Assembly (NCBI GenBank): GCA_044892525.1
Contig: CM097887.1
Span: forward strand, 122,552,397-122,616,396
Reading direction: 5' to 3'
Length of the DNA stretch: 64,000 nucleotides
Source: Schmidtea polychroa
Lineage: Eukaryota
How positions within the stretch are numbered: the first letter of the stretch is position 1; each line of letters begins with the position of its first letter. Below the pieces are notes generated by a model. It ran no database searches, had not been told where the DNA came from, and saw only the letters and a program-made list of their open reading frames with translations. Both the position numbers and the translations under genes were made by a program. Positions 46,701 to 60,056 of the stretch are shown here, one piece after another.

Positions 46701-49700
46701 CCCTAAATTAAGAGGCCCATGCCAAAAGACCCTCATGTCCCCCCTCTTCCGGGGCCTGGTTATGATTATGTTATGTTTCAAAAAATTTTAACCCTCAAAA
46801 TAAGTAATACCGATACATTTGATTCAGCAATATATTTAGATTCATGATATTCAGAACTTAATGTGGTAAAATTTGCTGCTATTTTAATCCAATAATCCTA
46901 CATATACCACCATGAAGTTCTCCAGTGTTACCATAAATTTTTTGTGATTTAGTTGTATTGGGATATTTTATTTCCCTGTTCCCTGTATTATGTAATTAAC
47001 CCTGATAATTAATTTATATGAATGCCTGCATGTTCGATTGATTATTCGGGTCCTCGGATTATGTCATTGCTAATTATCACTTCAAATGATGCATATATTG
47101 TATTATATATAATGTCTCCTTTCCATTTCTAACACTTTTACGTATTTTTATTTAACCAAATAACATTTATAAAAATAAATTTAATAATAATTTTATTTAT
47201 CAATTAGTTATTTTTCAAAATTTAATATTTATTAATCTTTTAAAAATAAAATATCTGAAGTTAGACATGTGAAAATAGTCATTAAAAATGCTTTTACTTC
47301 CAATTGTTTTGTTTTGCAGACAAATTACTGTTTTAAAAAATGTTATTTTTGTACAAATTAATTTGAAATTTATTTTTTGTATTAATTTTTTCAATTTCCT
47401 TTATCTTCATTTCTTTTCAGATTATTTATTAATCTTTTGTTTTATATTTAATACTAATTTTAATATTGATCTGTTAACTGAAAGGAAAAGAAGAAAAAGT
47501 AAATTAAAAGTGGAAATAGACCAATTATGAAAGAAGCAAATAAAATATATAATTAATTCAAATTATATTTAGTTCTTAAGTTCCTATCAAATTGTTGATA
47601 TTCCTATATTTATCGTGCAAGGAGTTATTGGAGGTTTACTTGGAGCCCTATTTATCAAGGTTAATATAACTTTGACAAAGTTTCNNNNNNNNNNNNNNNN
47701 NNNNNNNNNNNNNNNNNNNNNNNNNNNNNNNNNNNNNNNNNNNNNNNNNNNNNNNNNNNNNNNNNNNNNNNNNNNNNNNNNNNNNNNNNNNNNNNNNNNN
47801 NNNNNNNNNNNNAAAAAGTTACCAAAGTGTTGGAAGCGATGCTAATTGCAGCTTTAACGGCTTCTGTAGGATTTACTTTTATCTCATTTCAAAGCGACTG
47901 TTGGCCTCTCAATGCAAAAACCATGGAAAATTCTCTTCAAGTTATATTTAATTTCATTCTCAAATATTAATGAAATTTTGAATGGATAGATGTTCTGTAG
48001 CGCCAGCGAATATACATCTTCGTCAGAATTGTTTTTCCAGACTCCAGAAAAAACTGTCCGATCACTTCTTCATTCAGAAACGTTTAGTGTCACAAGTCTA
48101 GTGATATTTGTTCCACTTTATTTCATTTTAGCTTGTGTCACATATGGATTGTGGGTGCCATCCGGCTTGTTTATTCCTTCCTTGCTTATTGGTGCAGCTT
48201 GGGGACGATTAATTGGTAAGGTTCACATTGTTCAAATTTATCCCATTATATTTCATAAATTTGTTTGAATAACTCTAAATTACGATTTAAGATGGGTTTT
48301 AATCAATATAGTTTTTATTTCACATTTCTAGGTACCGTAATTATCCGAATATAAGACGCTTTTTTTTCATCACTTTTGGGGATGATAATCGTGGTGCGTC
48401 TTATACATGGGTATAACAGGAAATATTTTTTCCTACTCAGAAAATTTTCTGAAAACCCGGTATGGGCAAGGGAAATAAAGCATAAATTAATACAAAATAT
48501 TTCTTTATTAGTTACAGAATGTTTTTTTCATTACAGAGATCATTATTTTCATCTTCACTTTTTATCAAATTCTCAATCTCAATGGACTCGTCCACTTCTT
48601 CAAACATTAATTCATTTTCCATATCATCATCCTCATTCCCTACATCAGATATATCGTCCTGCCAAATAACATCGTCTTCTGATCCATCCATAGCATTACT
48701 CAAACAACATTTCTTGAATCCTTTGATAATAATTGCCTCACTAACTGCATCCCATGATAATTGAATCCATTTGCAAATAGTTTCTAAATCAACCTTTCGT
48801 CTGTTTCCAGAAGCAGTAAATGATGGAGCTCCAGAAAAAAACCACTCATTCCATCTCTTTCGCATCTCTTGTTTAAATGGCCTATTGCAAACTACATCCA
48901 TAACTTGGAGTTGCCCGGTCATCCCTCCAGGAATAATCACAAGATCTGTTTTGTTTTTTGCCAAAATTTCCTTTACGCATGGCATACGGTGGCATCTAAA
49001 TGCGTCTAATACCAGTAACCTCCTTGAATTTCGAAATTCATCTTTTCTATCATTACACCAAATAGTCTTAATCCAATCCTTAGTCAACTCCTCATTCATC
49101 CATCCATTTTCTTGTGCTTTAACAATCATACCAGCTGGCCAATGAATGTTCTTTGGTAAAGATTTTCTTTTAAAAATTACATAAGGCGGCATCTTCTTGC
49201 CGTCACCATAAGCTCCCAACATAACTGTAAACCGATTCTTTTCGTTGCCTGTAGTTTTAATAGGTACGGACTTGACTCCTTTGAAATCCAATGTCTGAAA
49301 TGAAGGTATATCAAAACTTAGTGGAGTCTGATCCCCATTTGCTATGCAACTAATTGGATATTCATGCCTTTTCCTTAAATTTATTATATATTTCTGATAG
49401 TCGAGCAGCTTATTTTCTACATCATCCGGCAGTCGCTGTGCAATCGAAGTCCTTCTTCTTATAGAAATATCATTCCTTTTCATGAAGAGCTGGCACCAGC
49501 GCGCCAAGGCTTTAAATATTGAACCAGGATACATCTCCTTGACTAACTCTAAAGCCTTCAATCTAACTTCTACAGTGGATATTGAGGAACCTGAAAATCG
49601 CCTTTCATGAACATATTCAACTAATTTTTTCTCCACGTCAGGAAAAAATAATTTCCTCCCTCTGCCAGGGGCCTTTGTAGAGGATCTGCACTCTTTTAAA

Positions 49701-52700
49701 GTATTTTTATTATTTCTCCAATGCCTTACATTAGCTTCACTGAGTCCATATTCTCTAGATGCTCCTCTATTTCCGATACGTTCGGCTGCTTCAATTACCA
49801 TCAATTTGAAACCTGTCGTATAACTGCAGCGTTTAGAAGACATTATAGGGAAATAAAAATTTAAATTTAAGTAACTGAAATTTTAATTTTAAACAAAAAA
49901 TAAATTTAATGTAATATAAATTTAATGTAATATAAATTTAATGTAATAATTATACATGCGTCTTATATTTGGGTTACTTATATTTTCTTGAATTCAGTCA
50001 ATTTTTAATGATGCGTCTTATATTGGATGCGTCTTATATTCGGATAATTACGGTAATTCAGTTTAATTTCAACAAAATGTCTTAAGTGTTTTAGTGTTCT
50101 CGCTAGTCTGTAAGTTTATATATTGTTAATAGCTGTTTTTTTGCAAAAAATAATCTGCCACTGATTATTTTTATAATTGACACGTTGAGTGCTCCAATAC
50201 TGCCCAGAGCCAAATATCTTTGTGAAATTCGATATAACTTGCATGTAATTGAGAAGCGATTGGTAGGATATCAAACCGATTAATTGAATATCACAAAAGA
50301 CAAAGTCAATGATATATTAAAGGCTACTGGCATTGGTTTTGTTACTGATTAGTTCGAATGGTCAAATTTGATCAGAGAGAATAAAATGACAAGTTAAAGT
50401 TTTTTTAATCATTCAAGCTCAATTTTTTTGCCAAATCTTTAAGTGAAATTATATTAACTTTTATTAAATCTGAATTGTGTCCAATTGTTTATTTTGTCAT
50501 CTATTTTATTAATGCTTTCTTACGTGTATTTGTTTTAGGTTTATTATTGTATAAAGCCAACAGTGATCTTTTTCCTGATCCAGGAAAATTTGCTCTGATC
50601 GGTGCTGCTGCCAGTTTAGGTGGAATAGTGCGAATGACTGTCAGTTTAACTGTTATTCTTATGGAGGCTACTGGAAATATTATAGTGGGGTTACCGTTGA
50701 TTTTGACATTAGTCATCGCTAAATATGTTGGAGATGCTTTCAATGAAGGTATTTATGACAGTCACATAGACCTTGGTGGTTTTGCTCTATTGCCATGGGA
50801 ACCCGAAGAATTATCTGTTACTAAAAAAGCATATGATGTGATGTCTAGTCCAGTGGTTCATCTGGATCCAGTTATGAGAGTAGTAGACCTCGTAGAACGA
50901 ATTAAGGGCAATGGCCATCATGCATATCCAATAACTGATGGTGAAATCGATCTTGAAAACCACAGATTCGGAACTCTATATGGGATTATTTCGTCAAGAG
51001 ATATTGCATTATTACTCGATAAAAGGGTCTTCAGTGGCCATGAGTTGGATATGAAACATGAAATTACTATTGAAGATTATGATTCAGCTTATCCAAGATA
51101 TATACCATTAAAAGTAAATTTAATAATCTCAATATATCAAATAAAACTTATTTCAGGATGTTATTACCTTTTTGACAGATTCCGATTATCAGGAAATTAT
51201 TGACCTACGACCCTATATGAACCATGCACCTTACAGAGTGCAAGAAGTAAGTTTCTTAACAAATAAAATGAAATACTAAATTATACTTTAGATGATGACT
51301 TTAGATAGAGTGTTTCACTTGTTTAGACTACTGGGCCTGAGACATTTGCCGGTGGTTGACAACGCAAACCAGGTAATTCTTTTTATTTTTCTCAGTTATT
51401 TTTATTTTATTTATTGATTCACACATATTTGAAAAAGTTTTCTTTTAACCTTTCCACTTTTAATTTTTTCAATTTTGTTTACATTCAATTTTTCAGACTG
51501 TATATGAGGAAGCAAGACTTTACCCCCTCCCCCGTCAATTACCCCCTGCCATTAGCTAATCTTATTGTAATACTTAATGAGATTAATACAAACACTTATA
51601 AAAGAACTCAAGGCATTTTTCAGAATTCTTTCTCAAATATTTACATACCTGACATAAAAAGGAGAGGAATTATTAAAGACATTTTCTTTTCGTTATATGG
51701 GAAAACTTTTTATATGTTTGGACAAAAATTAATCTTTCTCGGAAATTTAAAAATCAGAAAAATAACATCATTTTCAATGACAATTTTCAAACTAATTCTA
51801 GTGGTGACAGTTTTTTGTAAATTCAAAGAGGAATTCTAATCTTTGAAGATGATAGTTATCCACAAATGGAAAATGAGCCCACTTTTGGAAAATGACTGAT
51901 AAATGGAGTAAAGGAGAATCAAAGGAAAAATAAAGAGAAATAAAGTTATCGGTGTAGAAATTGATCGAAAAATACTTTTTGTTGGAGTTGTGTAGGTAAG
52001 TGTACAGAAAACTGTGCAAAACTATTAAAAAAATTAAAATTTACAATATTTAAAAAGGTAAATTGAAGTGCAAAATAATTCAATTAAAAATGGAAAAGAT
52101 TAAAAAGTCAATATTTTTTCGGGGGAAACAGGTATGAGGGATGAAAAGATGACAACGAATATGATAATTTCAAATCGATAGGGTAGCAGTTCATAAAATA
52201 AGTTAATTGATACAAACCAATTTATTTAATTAAAACTAAAATCCCCAAGTTTGATATGCACGGTAGCTGTTTGTCAAGCTAAAGTAAAATAATTAAATTT
52301 CATTAGATTTTTTCCAATTTCTCTTTGACGAATAACTTAATTTGTGAATAACTACCGAGGATAAGGCTCTATTAAAGAATTTTTATTTAGTTGTCACAAC
52401 GGTCAAAAATGAGAAAGCATCCAAACAATTAAATGAAAGCAAAAAAAATAAAGTAGTCAGAGAGAAATTTTCTTTAGAAGCTAAATCAGATTCGTTAAAC
52501 TTGATGTGGTTTCTCCTAAGGTCACATGCCCCTAGTATCAAGCAAAAAAGGTTTTATTATATCAGTAGAAATTGTAACAAATGTGATTTTCGAACACACA
52601 TAAAATTAATTGTGATTGAGAACACGAAGAGTTAGATCATAAATTCTGTTCTAATGAATAGTAATATTAATTCAACATTTTACATGTGCTAGATGGCCTG

Positions 52701-54417
52701 AATAATATAATACTTCATAGTTATTACAAGCCTGGATTTCTTCTTTAATATTCAATATTAAGCTGTAGTTCAGTAATGACCAATATTTTACCAAGCTATG
52801 TATACTCTTATATCCATTATTTTTTAAAAAAAAATTGATTTACTTGAAAATATTGATTATAATTTTTAAGAATATTAAGATTGTTGAAATTCTTATTTTT
52901 ATTCATAATTATTACTTTCAAATATTCAAAAAATTTATTTTCAAAAGAAATTGCTGACTAAAACTTAGAGAATTAAAATTATGTATTTTCATATTATGAG
53001 CGATTTCAACATACAACGATCATGGAAATATTATTTAATATATAATATTATAAATTTAGCATACATATTTAAATTAACGATAAATATATTGTTAGATTTA
53101 AATAGTGATGGGATTCCGCCGGTACTCACCAGTACGCCCGTACTGGTTCTTAATAAGTTCTAGTACATAAGGATATTTCATTTTACAAATCAATACAAAT
53201 TTTGAAAGCATACCGGTTCCAAAGAAAATTAAATCCCATCACTGGATTTATCTCATAAGGAATTTAAAAAATGAACATCAGTTTTGAAATATTTCCAAAT
53301 TTTTGTAGCTACACGAAATTAATTAATTTTAATATGAAAAAAATTAATAAATTTCGGGAGAAACGATGGAAGTAAATGATTACTGCTAAAATAAACAAAT
53401 AACAAAAATGATGTTTAAGACACATAAAATATATTAATTAATTCAAATTCTTTTATAATCATAAATCATTGCAATCGGATTGACAATAAAAAATGAAAAA
53501 CATCAATTATTTGTTTTATGAAAAACCCGAGAATCTACAATAGTTAACTACTAGGGAAAATTTAACCATATAAAATAGGAAATATTTTAATTACATTACC
53601 GTTTCGGTCAAATAAAGAGAGGCACAAACTTTTAAGAAATGATTAATATTATATTGAAATGTTATATTATATTGAAATTTCATTGACCTATCTGATTAAA
53701 TAAAAATGTGTCCTACATTCGAGAAGTGTTACCAATTGTGCAGAGAAAGTACAAGATTGTGAGTTGTTTATCACTTTGAATATATGTTGTAAAACAGGGG
53801 TTTCAAACTCAAACGGGCCTGCGGGCCGCATTAGACTAGTATTATGAGCCGGCGGGCCGCAACATAAATAATTGTTTTTCAGAACATGTGGAGTCTGAAA
53901 CTCCGACGTTAATATTTATTTAATTAAAAACTCAACAAAACTAAAANNNNNNNNNNNNNNNNNNNNNNNNNNNNNNNNNNNNNNNNNNNNNNNNNNNNNN
54001 NNNNNNNNNNNNNNNNNNNNNNNNNNNNNNNNNNNNNNNNNNNNNNNNNNNNNNNNNNNNNNNNNNNNNNNNNNNNNNNNNNNNNATAAAAAAAATTAAA
54101 AAGATTAATTTATACAGCCAATTATGATTTTAATTGTTAAATAAGTTTGGTTAAATTACAAATCTATGTTTTTTCGTTGCGGGCCGCGTGTTTGAGACCC
54201 CTGTTGTAAAAGAATATTATGTAAATAAAGTACTTAATTATCATGTTACATATGATTTTTATTTCAAAATTTCAATTAACATGCTGATTAATATTTGTAG
54301 TTAAGAGGTATTATTACGAGGAAAGATATTCGAAGATTCAGGTTCGAGCCGAAAAATGGTAAAATTATAGTCGAAGAACTCTTTTTTTCCAAACACATAG
54401 ATCCAAATTCAGCATGA
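37740..54417 (+). CDS. CLCN7: Lysosomal 2Cl-/H+ exchanger ClC-7, multi-exon
   Basis: Exons 37740-37796, 37845-37949, 37997-38062, 38106-38238, 38293-38396, 43858-44244, 44296-44406, 47573-47940 (contains a gap), 47990-48215, 50539-51113, 51157-51246, 51292-51372, 54301-54417. GSGIP, GKEGP, FSLEEG, GLFIP and GIYD motifs plus two CBS domains without the long ClC-6 insert. Confidence 0.93.
39866..40079. mobile_element. Degenerate pogo-type MITE
   Basis: TA|CTGTAGATACTCGAG left end, ...TATACGG|TA right end, internal CGCGTTATATTCG motif shared with the MITE at 57830. Confidence 0.4.
42158..43160 (+). mobile_element. Solo LTR or LTR fragment related to the giant element, in CLCN7 intron 5
   Basis: Shares blocks with 16550-17236 (AACCCGAG/CCAATGGAGAACCCGA, AAAAGGTGAATATT, GCATCAAC.CCGAGCGGAG, GGAGTCAGAG...CCGACTTGAA...AAACCCAACA). 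The 5' end (TGTTGAGG at 42158, or TGTCA at 42076) is uncertain and no clean target-site duplication was found. Confidence 0.75.
48512..49843 (-). CDS. pogo-type transposase, 443 aa (Brinker-type HTH, CENP-B-type HTH, DDE_1 domain, DD35D)
   Basis: [11 protein letters not shown]...VRHWR; LVEYVHERR...RWCQLFMKR; catalytic residues in [15 protein letters not shown] and LQVMDV, with 35 residues between the second and third Asp. Confidence 0.93.
   Translation of the reverse strand: MSSKRCSYTTGFKLMVIEAAERIGNRGASREYGLSEANVRHWRNNKNTLKECRSSTKAPGRGRKLFFPDVEKKLVEYVHERRFSGSSISTVEVRLKALELVKEMYPGSIFKALARWCQLFMKRNDISIRRRTSIAQRLPDDVENKLLDYQKYIINLRKRHEYPISCIANGDQTPLSFDIPSFQTLDFKGVKSVPIKTTGNEKNRFTVMLGAYGDGKKMPPYVIFKRKSLPKNIHWPAGMIVKAQENGWMNEELTKDWIKTIWCNDRKDEFRNSRRLLVLDAFRCHRMPCVKEILAKNKTDLVIIPGGMTGQLQVMDVVCNRPFKQEMRKRWNEWFFSGAPSFTASGNRRKVDLETICKWIQLSWDAVSEAIIIKGFKKCCLSNAMDGSEDDVIWQDDISDVGNEDDDMENELMFEEVDESIEIENLIKSEDENNDLCNEKNIL
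49901..49948. repeat. 16-bp tandem repeat x3 (TAAATTTAATGTAATA) upstream of the transposase ORF
   Basis: Read directly from the sequence. Confidence 0.85.
53103..53244. mobile_element. hAT-type MITE
   Basis: Ends TAGTGATGGGATT / AATCCCATCACTG; flanks GATTTAAA / GATTTATC (6 of 8 match). Confidence 0.55.
53795..54203. mobile_element. hAT-type MITE with a perfect 8-bp target-site duplication
   Basis: Ends CAGGGGTTTCAAAC / GTTTGAGACCCCTG, flanked by TTGTAAAA on both sides; contains an N gap. Confidence 0.88.
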
Positions 54418-57400
54418 AATCTTTCCTAATTATTGTTCACAAGCATAATCCAGATTGAAGAATTAAAAATATCACTGACTTTTTATTTATTTTGATTTTT
54501 TATACAGGAAATATGATTATTATTTGTAATTTTTTTATCCACAATAAAATACTTTTCTACCTTTTGAACTAAATAATACAAAATTTCCTTATAAAATGTT
54601 ATTCTCATGAAATTATGCCGAATTTTAAATGATAATAGAATCACATTTGTTGGAGGATCTCGTGTTCAGGTGGCTATCATAATTTCATAATTATTACTTT
54701 ATATTCATAATTTTGTGTTTTCTACTTATTTTATTCGCTAAATTCTTTTCAGTAATGATTTTAGAAAATGTTGTTTTGTTTTTTCAAAAGGTTATACCTT
54801 TTCCAAATTCAATCAACAATAAGCAAAAGAATCTATGTACTGTTCGATGTATACACATATTAGTGGCATAGAGTGAGAATTACGGAGCGATTGTCAAATA
54901 TTTTCAATTCTATTCATATCTACCAAAATGAAAATTGAGCATGCAATTTCGAGTTGATTTCGAATTAGTGTATTTTCATTACAGCCATAAAATGTCACGC
55001 GAGTGTGAAGTATCAGTTTTCAACTTATAGAAAATTTGATTTGAAAAGGATGCATCTTAAAATATTAGTTTAAATAATTTTTATTTTCCAAATTTTATAC
55101 CGGATTTTTACAGATTTATTAATAGAAACTTAGTCAATTATTATATTATGTAATGATGGCGTCATGTTTCAAAAGAGATTATGTAATCATTAAACTCGTA
55201 TGACAAATAACTCACTTTGATCTTCATTCGTGAAAACAATTGTGGCCCAAAGTGAATTCAGTATATATTTTTATAATGGAGGATTAAGTCTCATTATCTA
55301 CGATTAATTATCCAAATTAGATGTGTAAATACGATAGAAAGGTTTAAACATTGGACTTTTATGGTATTGCATTTTAGTAACAATAAGATGAACTAATATT
55401 TTAGTTAAAGCCGAAAATTTCTGTAGCTTAGTATTAAATTTTTCATCTTTTTTTCAGAATGAAAATAAATGAAATAACATCAAAAAAAGCTAACAGGTCA
55501 AAGTTGACCAAAAAAATAAAAATTTTTACTAATAATGAACAATTGTAACAAATAAAAATATCTATGGGAAAGACAGTACTATGTATTTATTTTGATATAA
55601 TTTACAACATTTTCATTACAGCTGCGTCGTTATTCTTTCAATTTTTACTGATTTGTAGCAAGGTTTCTGATGAGACGTTGAAGCACCACTTCGCATGACC
55701 TAATAAAAATATTTAATTTTCATGATTTTTACACAAAATTTTCTACATTAATTTTAATCGTTACGGATTATTAAACAATTCAATAAGATTCAAACAACTA
55801 TCAATATTAATTTTATTAAATGCCGCTTTTAACCGGATGCAGATTCCATTTAAAACGGAAATTGCTATTCTATTTGTTTTAACTTTCTGATAAATTTGTT
55901 TTGAAACTTGCCTTTTTGCATTAACTCGTAAAGCTTAACTATGTTCCCGCAGTTAATGTCTTTTAAAATCTTCCTCAACTTAACAGAGATAGGAATTGAA
56001 AAAATTTGTAAAAATAAATTTATCGATAAGTTGAAAATGAAATTTCAACAGTTTTAATTAATTTTATTTAATAAATATATTTAATAAATTTCTACTTAAA
56101 TTAAAAATTAACTTAAAAATTATAATGGATAATATAGAAATTCAATTTGTCAATCACATCTAAGTGATTTAGTAATATTATAAGAACTTTTTTCAAATTT
56201 CACCACTGAAATGGCTTTTCTCAACTTGCTGATTCAAGCCAATGGGATTCTTTCTCTGCTGAAAGGAAATAGGTGCAAACGGTTTAATGGATATATTCGG
56301 TTGTAATTATATGTGAAATCAAAGTTCAAACTTGCACATATTAACTGGGATGTGTAGAAATAATTTCGTTTTTTACACAAGTTAATGCAGTTGAGTGCGT
56401 TAGTGGGTTAAAATGGTAATCGAAATTTTAAAAATTTTAGAATAAAATTTAAAATTTTTGGTAAAAATGTATCCAATAAATTTGAAATAAAGTTTAAACA
56501 ACATCACAAACTCAGATAGAGTCTGTTTTGATTGGATAAGTGACTTTTACATTTATTTGTATCGAATGTTGATATTTTATTCCATTTTTCAGATCTAATA
56601 TTATCATCGCGTATCTTCTTTTAATTGATGATAAAAATTAACGAAACAGTTCTTATGGTTTCATCCATAACGGCGTTTTATGTTATATTCCTTTACCACA
56701 AAGATAATTTGATGATATATTAAGTCTTTTAGTATTTTATTTAAAATGTTGGTAGACAAAATATTTGATCGGTAATTAAAATTGAGTATCAGTATGTAAT
56801 AATATATATATATATATATATATATAATATCGATTTTTTCGGTTACTTCAACTTCAGCTTCGACTATTGATAATTCGACTTCTTGAGCAACTTCAGTGAT
56901 TTCGTTAGACATGTTTGAATTGAATTTTGAATTTCTGAAAGTAAATTATAGTATATAGATAAACAAATAATATTTAAATATCCTATAAATAATAAAAAAT
57001 TTTGTATGATAATTATGATATTTTTATCACGTCGTTACGGCGTAGTATTGGAACACGTACGTTACACGATGTAATTTACTAATGTGAATTTTTGTGTAAA
57101 TTTAAGCTATGACTTTTGCATATTTTATTTTAACTATGAAACTTTAAAGACTAATTGATGCCCATGGTTATTCTCTATAAAGACGCTAGTGGGTGAAGTA
57201 AAACATATAAGTCAATTTATCCGACAGTTTTAAGTCATCTTTAGACTTACTTGATAATTATTAACTTCTCTCTGCCGTTTGATGGAATTGAAAATGAAAT
57301 AAATTATCGGATTAACTGCAGAATTCAATGGAGCTAGATTCTAGAAAAAAGTATATTAATACAATCAAAGATTTTAAATTAATAGAACAAAATTAAAATA

Positions 57401-57829
57401 CTTTTATTGCTATTTTTAAATATAGTTATAAATTGTCGTTACAGCCTTTATCGAGTAACAGTAAACCAATCTTATTTAATTTATTGCTCATTTTGGATTG
57501 ATTTGATTGGGTAATTATATTATTTATTTTTAAAGCATTAAAAAATATTAAATTTTGTTGGATGACAATAATTAAATATTGAATAATAACCACACAAAGG
57601 CGAATTATTTAAATTGATGGTATGCGTATACCTAATCCCGGTACAGTAATACTGAGGACACTTAATGTTGTAGACAGTTAATCACGGGGATAGATAATCC
57701 CAATTTCTGATAGTCAAATATTTGACATAAATAATATTAATTATTTTCATTTCGTTTTAGAATTTAAATAATAAACAATAAAATAATGGATAATTGAAAA
57801 AACATGCAGTGATGAAATTTTGTGTTATA

Positions 57830-58044
57830 CCGTATTAGCCCGAATATAACGCGATAATTTTTAACATTTTATTTTTATTAAATTTTGGTTTAAATTAATT
57901 AAATTTATTGTCATGAATATAACCTATGTATTACTTTTAATTACCTAACCAAACACTTATCTGATTGAATTTCCCTTAATTTTAATTTTTTTATGAGTAT
58001 TTTTTTTCTAAATTCGGGGTCGCGTTATATTCGGGCTAATACGG
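57830..58044. mobile_element. pogo-type MITE (215 bp)
   Basis: Perfect 25-bp inverted ends CCGTATTAGCCCGAATATAACGCGA with TA flanks; the ends resemble those of the 48335 element. Confidence 0.88.
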
Positions 58045-58254
58045 TATTAATGAAAATATTTACATAAAGTTTTAAATAAAGATAAATGAAATTCCAAATG
58101 AAAATTAATCAATGGAGTAAAGGAGGCTTATGGGCAACCAGCTACTGAAAATAGACTTTCTTGTGGTGATGAAAACAATTCCTCGTAATTCACACGAGTA
58201 GCGACAAGTATGCTATCTGGTGTACTTTTGCTACCCTCTCCTACTACTTACTAA

Positions 58255-58322
<68 letters not shown>

Positions 58323-58417
58323 TTTTATGAATACTACTATTATTATTTATTATGAGAACTTTTTGCTCCACTTTCACCACTGATTATTTTTTCCATTGAA
58401 TTTAGTAAAAAGAGAGT

Positions 58418-58595
58418 TTGAAGATTATAAATCAGTAATATATCAATGTTTTTTGATGCTCACGAATTTTTGGCACTACCTTTTTCAAGTGAATTTTCTA
58501 ATTTTTTCTAATTTTCAAATTCACTTGAAAATGGCAGTGCCGAAAATTCGTGAGTATCAAAAAACATTCATATATTACTGATTTATAGTCTTCAA
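58418..58595. repeat. Fold-back palindrome with ~75-bp arms; related partial copy at 61941-62054
   Basis: The left arm ATCAGTAATATAT...GGCACTACCTTTTTCAAGTGAATT pairs with the right arm with about 6 mismatches. The second copy shares GGCACTGCC...CAAGTGA / TCACTTG...GGTGCC. Confidence 0.85.
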
Positions 58596-60056
58596 GCTCC
58601 TGTTCCTTTACGATTACAATGACAGCACATCTAGTCTATATATACTAGTATCTGATATAGAGATCAAATCCCATCCAACTTTTCATGGCATTTCATCACT
58701 TTTTTTATCACGTTGACATTTTATCACGGTCAACCTATCACGTTGAATAATAATTGTAAGATAAAAATCAAATTAAAAAATTGTATAAAATAAAATAATA
58801 TAAAATTAATAAAATTAAATGTTTCATTCATGTGATAAAAAAGCGATAGCTCTCAGAAAATCAACGTTAACATCCTACTGTTCCTTGAAACTGTTGTTTC
58901 CACTCTTCTGCGAATATATCGATATCTTACAACCAAACTTTGGATAAACTGACATCTCCACTGAATGTACCATATTTGTTGTTTCAATGCTTATTATATT
59001 CAAAATTTTCAAAAATTACTGTTTGTTTTCCCCTTGAAGAAACTCCAAATTCAAATGAATCCATTTGTAATCGTTTATTTAATAAAATTGTATTTATTAA
59101 TTAAAAATATATAAAGTGATAAATTGTCGCGTAATAGAATGTCACGTGATAAATTGTCTGTACACGGGTTTATTAATAAATTAATTATAATTTTTTTATG
59201 AATATATATTTCTGAAATTTAATTTAATTTAATTAACTTCTTCTTAACTATCCAACCGAAAATTGCAAAATCGGAAAAGACAGTTTATATTTTATAAAAA
59301 ATTAAAGTCTATCCATCAATAATTATTGTGGAATTAATAATTATTATGAATAATTTCACATTATTCGACAATGTGTTTATTTCAAGCTATGAAGACAGAA
59401 AGATTTAATTCGTTGCTGAAATGTGATAAAAAATAAATAAGACTCTATTAATCAACGGGTCACTCCCAATTTTCGAGGAAACATTTTGTCATGTTTTGCT
59501 CACAAACATCAGAAATGATTAATGGGAACTTTTGTCAACCGTCGCATCCAGTAATGAAATATGTAGAAAATGGATTATTTTCCTAATTTTATCAATTATC
59601 TATGACAGTCTTTTAAAAAATATCCCGATGCGATCTATTAAATTCTTTGATTATAAAAAAATATTAATTTATTAATTTCATTTTATTAATTAATTGATTA
59701 AATATTGATTTATGGATAAACTACCCAAGCTGCTTAAGATTTAATTTAAAAAATTATTTTTGTCGAAAAATAATTTAAATATTTTCGTTTTAATAAATTA
59801 AATTAGCATTTTATAAGGAATAATTTAATGGAGAGATTATTTGTCTACAATTCTAGTCATGAATTGTATTATTNNNNNNNNNNNNNNNNNNNNNNNNNNN
59901 NNNNNNNNNNNNNNNNNNNNNNNNNNNNNNNNNNNNNNNNNNNNNNNNNNNNNNNNNNNNNNNNNNNNNNNNNNNNNNNNNNNNNNNNNNNNNNNNNNNN
60001 NNNNNNNNNNNNNNNNNNNNNNNNNNNNNNNNNNNNNNNNNNNNNNNNNNNNNNTG

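Larger units (their letters stand above)
48335..50053 (-). mobile_element. Intact-looking pogo-superfamily DNA transposon in a CLCN7 intron
   Basis: Perfect 25-bp terminal inverted repeats CCGTAATTATCCGAATATAAGACGC, TA at both flanks (48333-48334 and 50054-50055), extra internal GCGTCTTATA motifs, one complete ORF. Confidence 0.95.

Noticed and set aside
43966-51203. Track ORFs 43966-44262, 47990-48268 and 50475-51203 as separate genes
   Set aside because: They are CLCN7 exons read through into introns.
55911-55978. Kinase-like NIVKLYE motif on the minus strand
   Set aside because: No GxGxxG, HRD or DFG motifs nearby, so it is not called a kinase.
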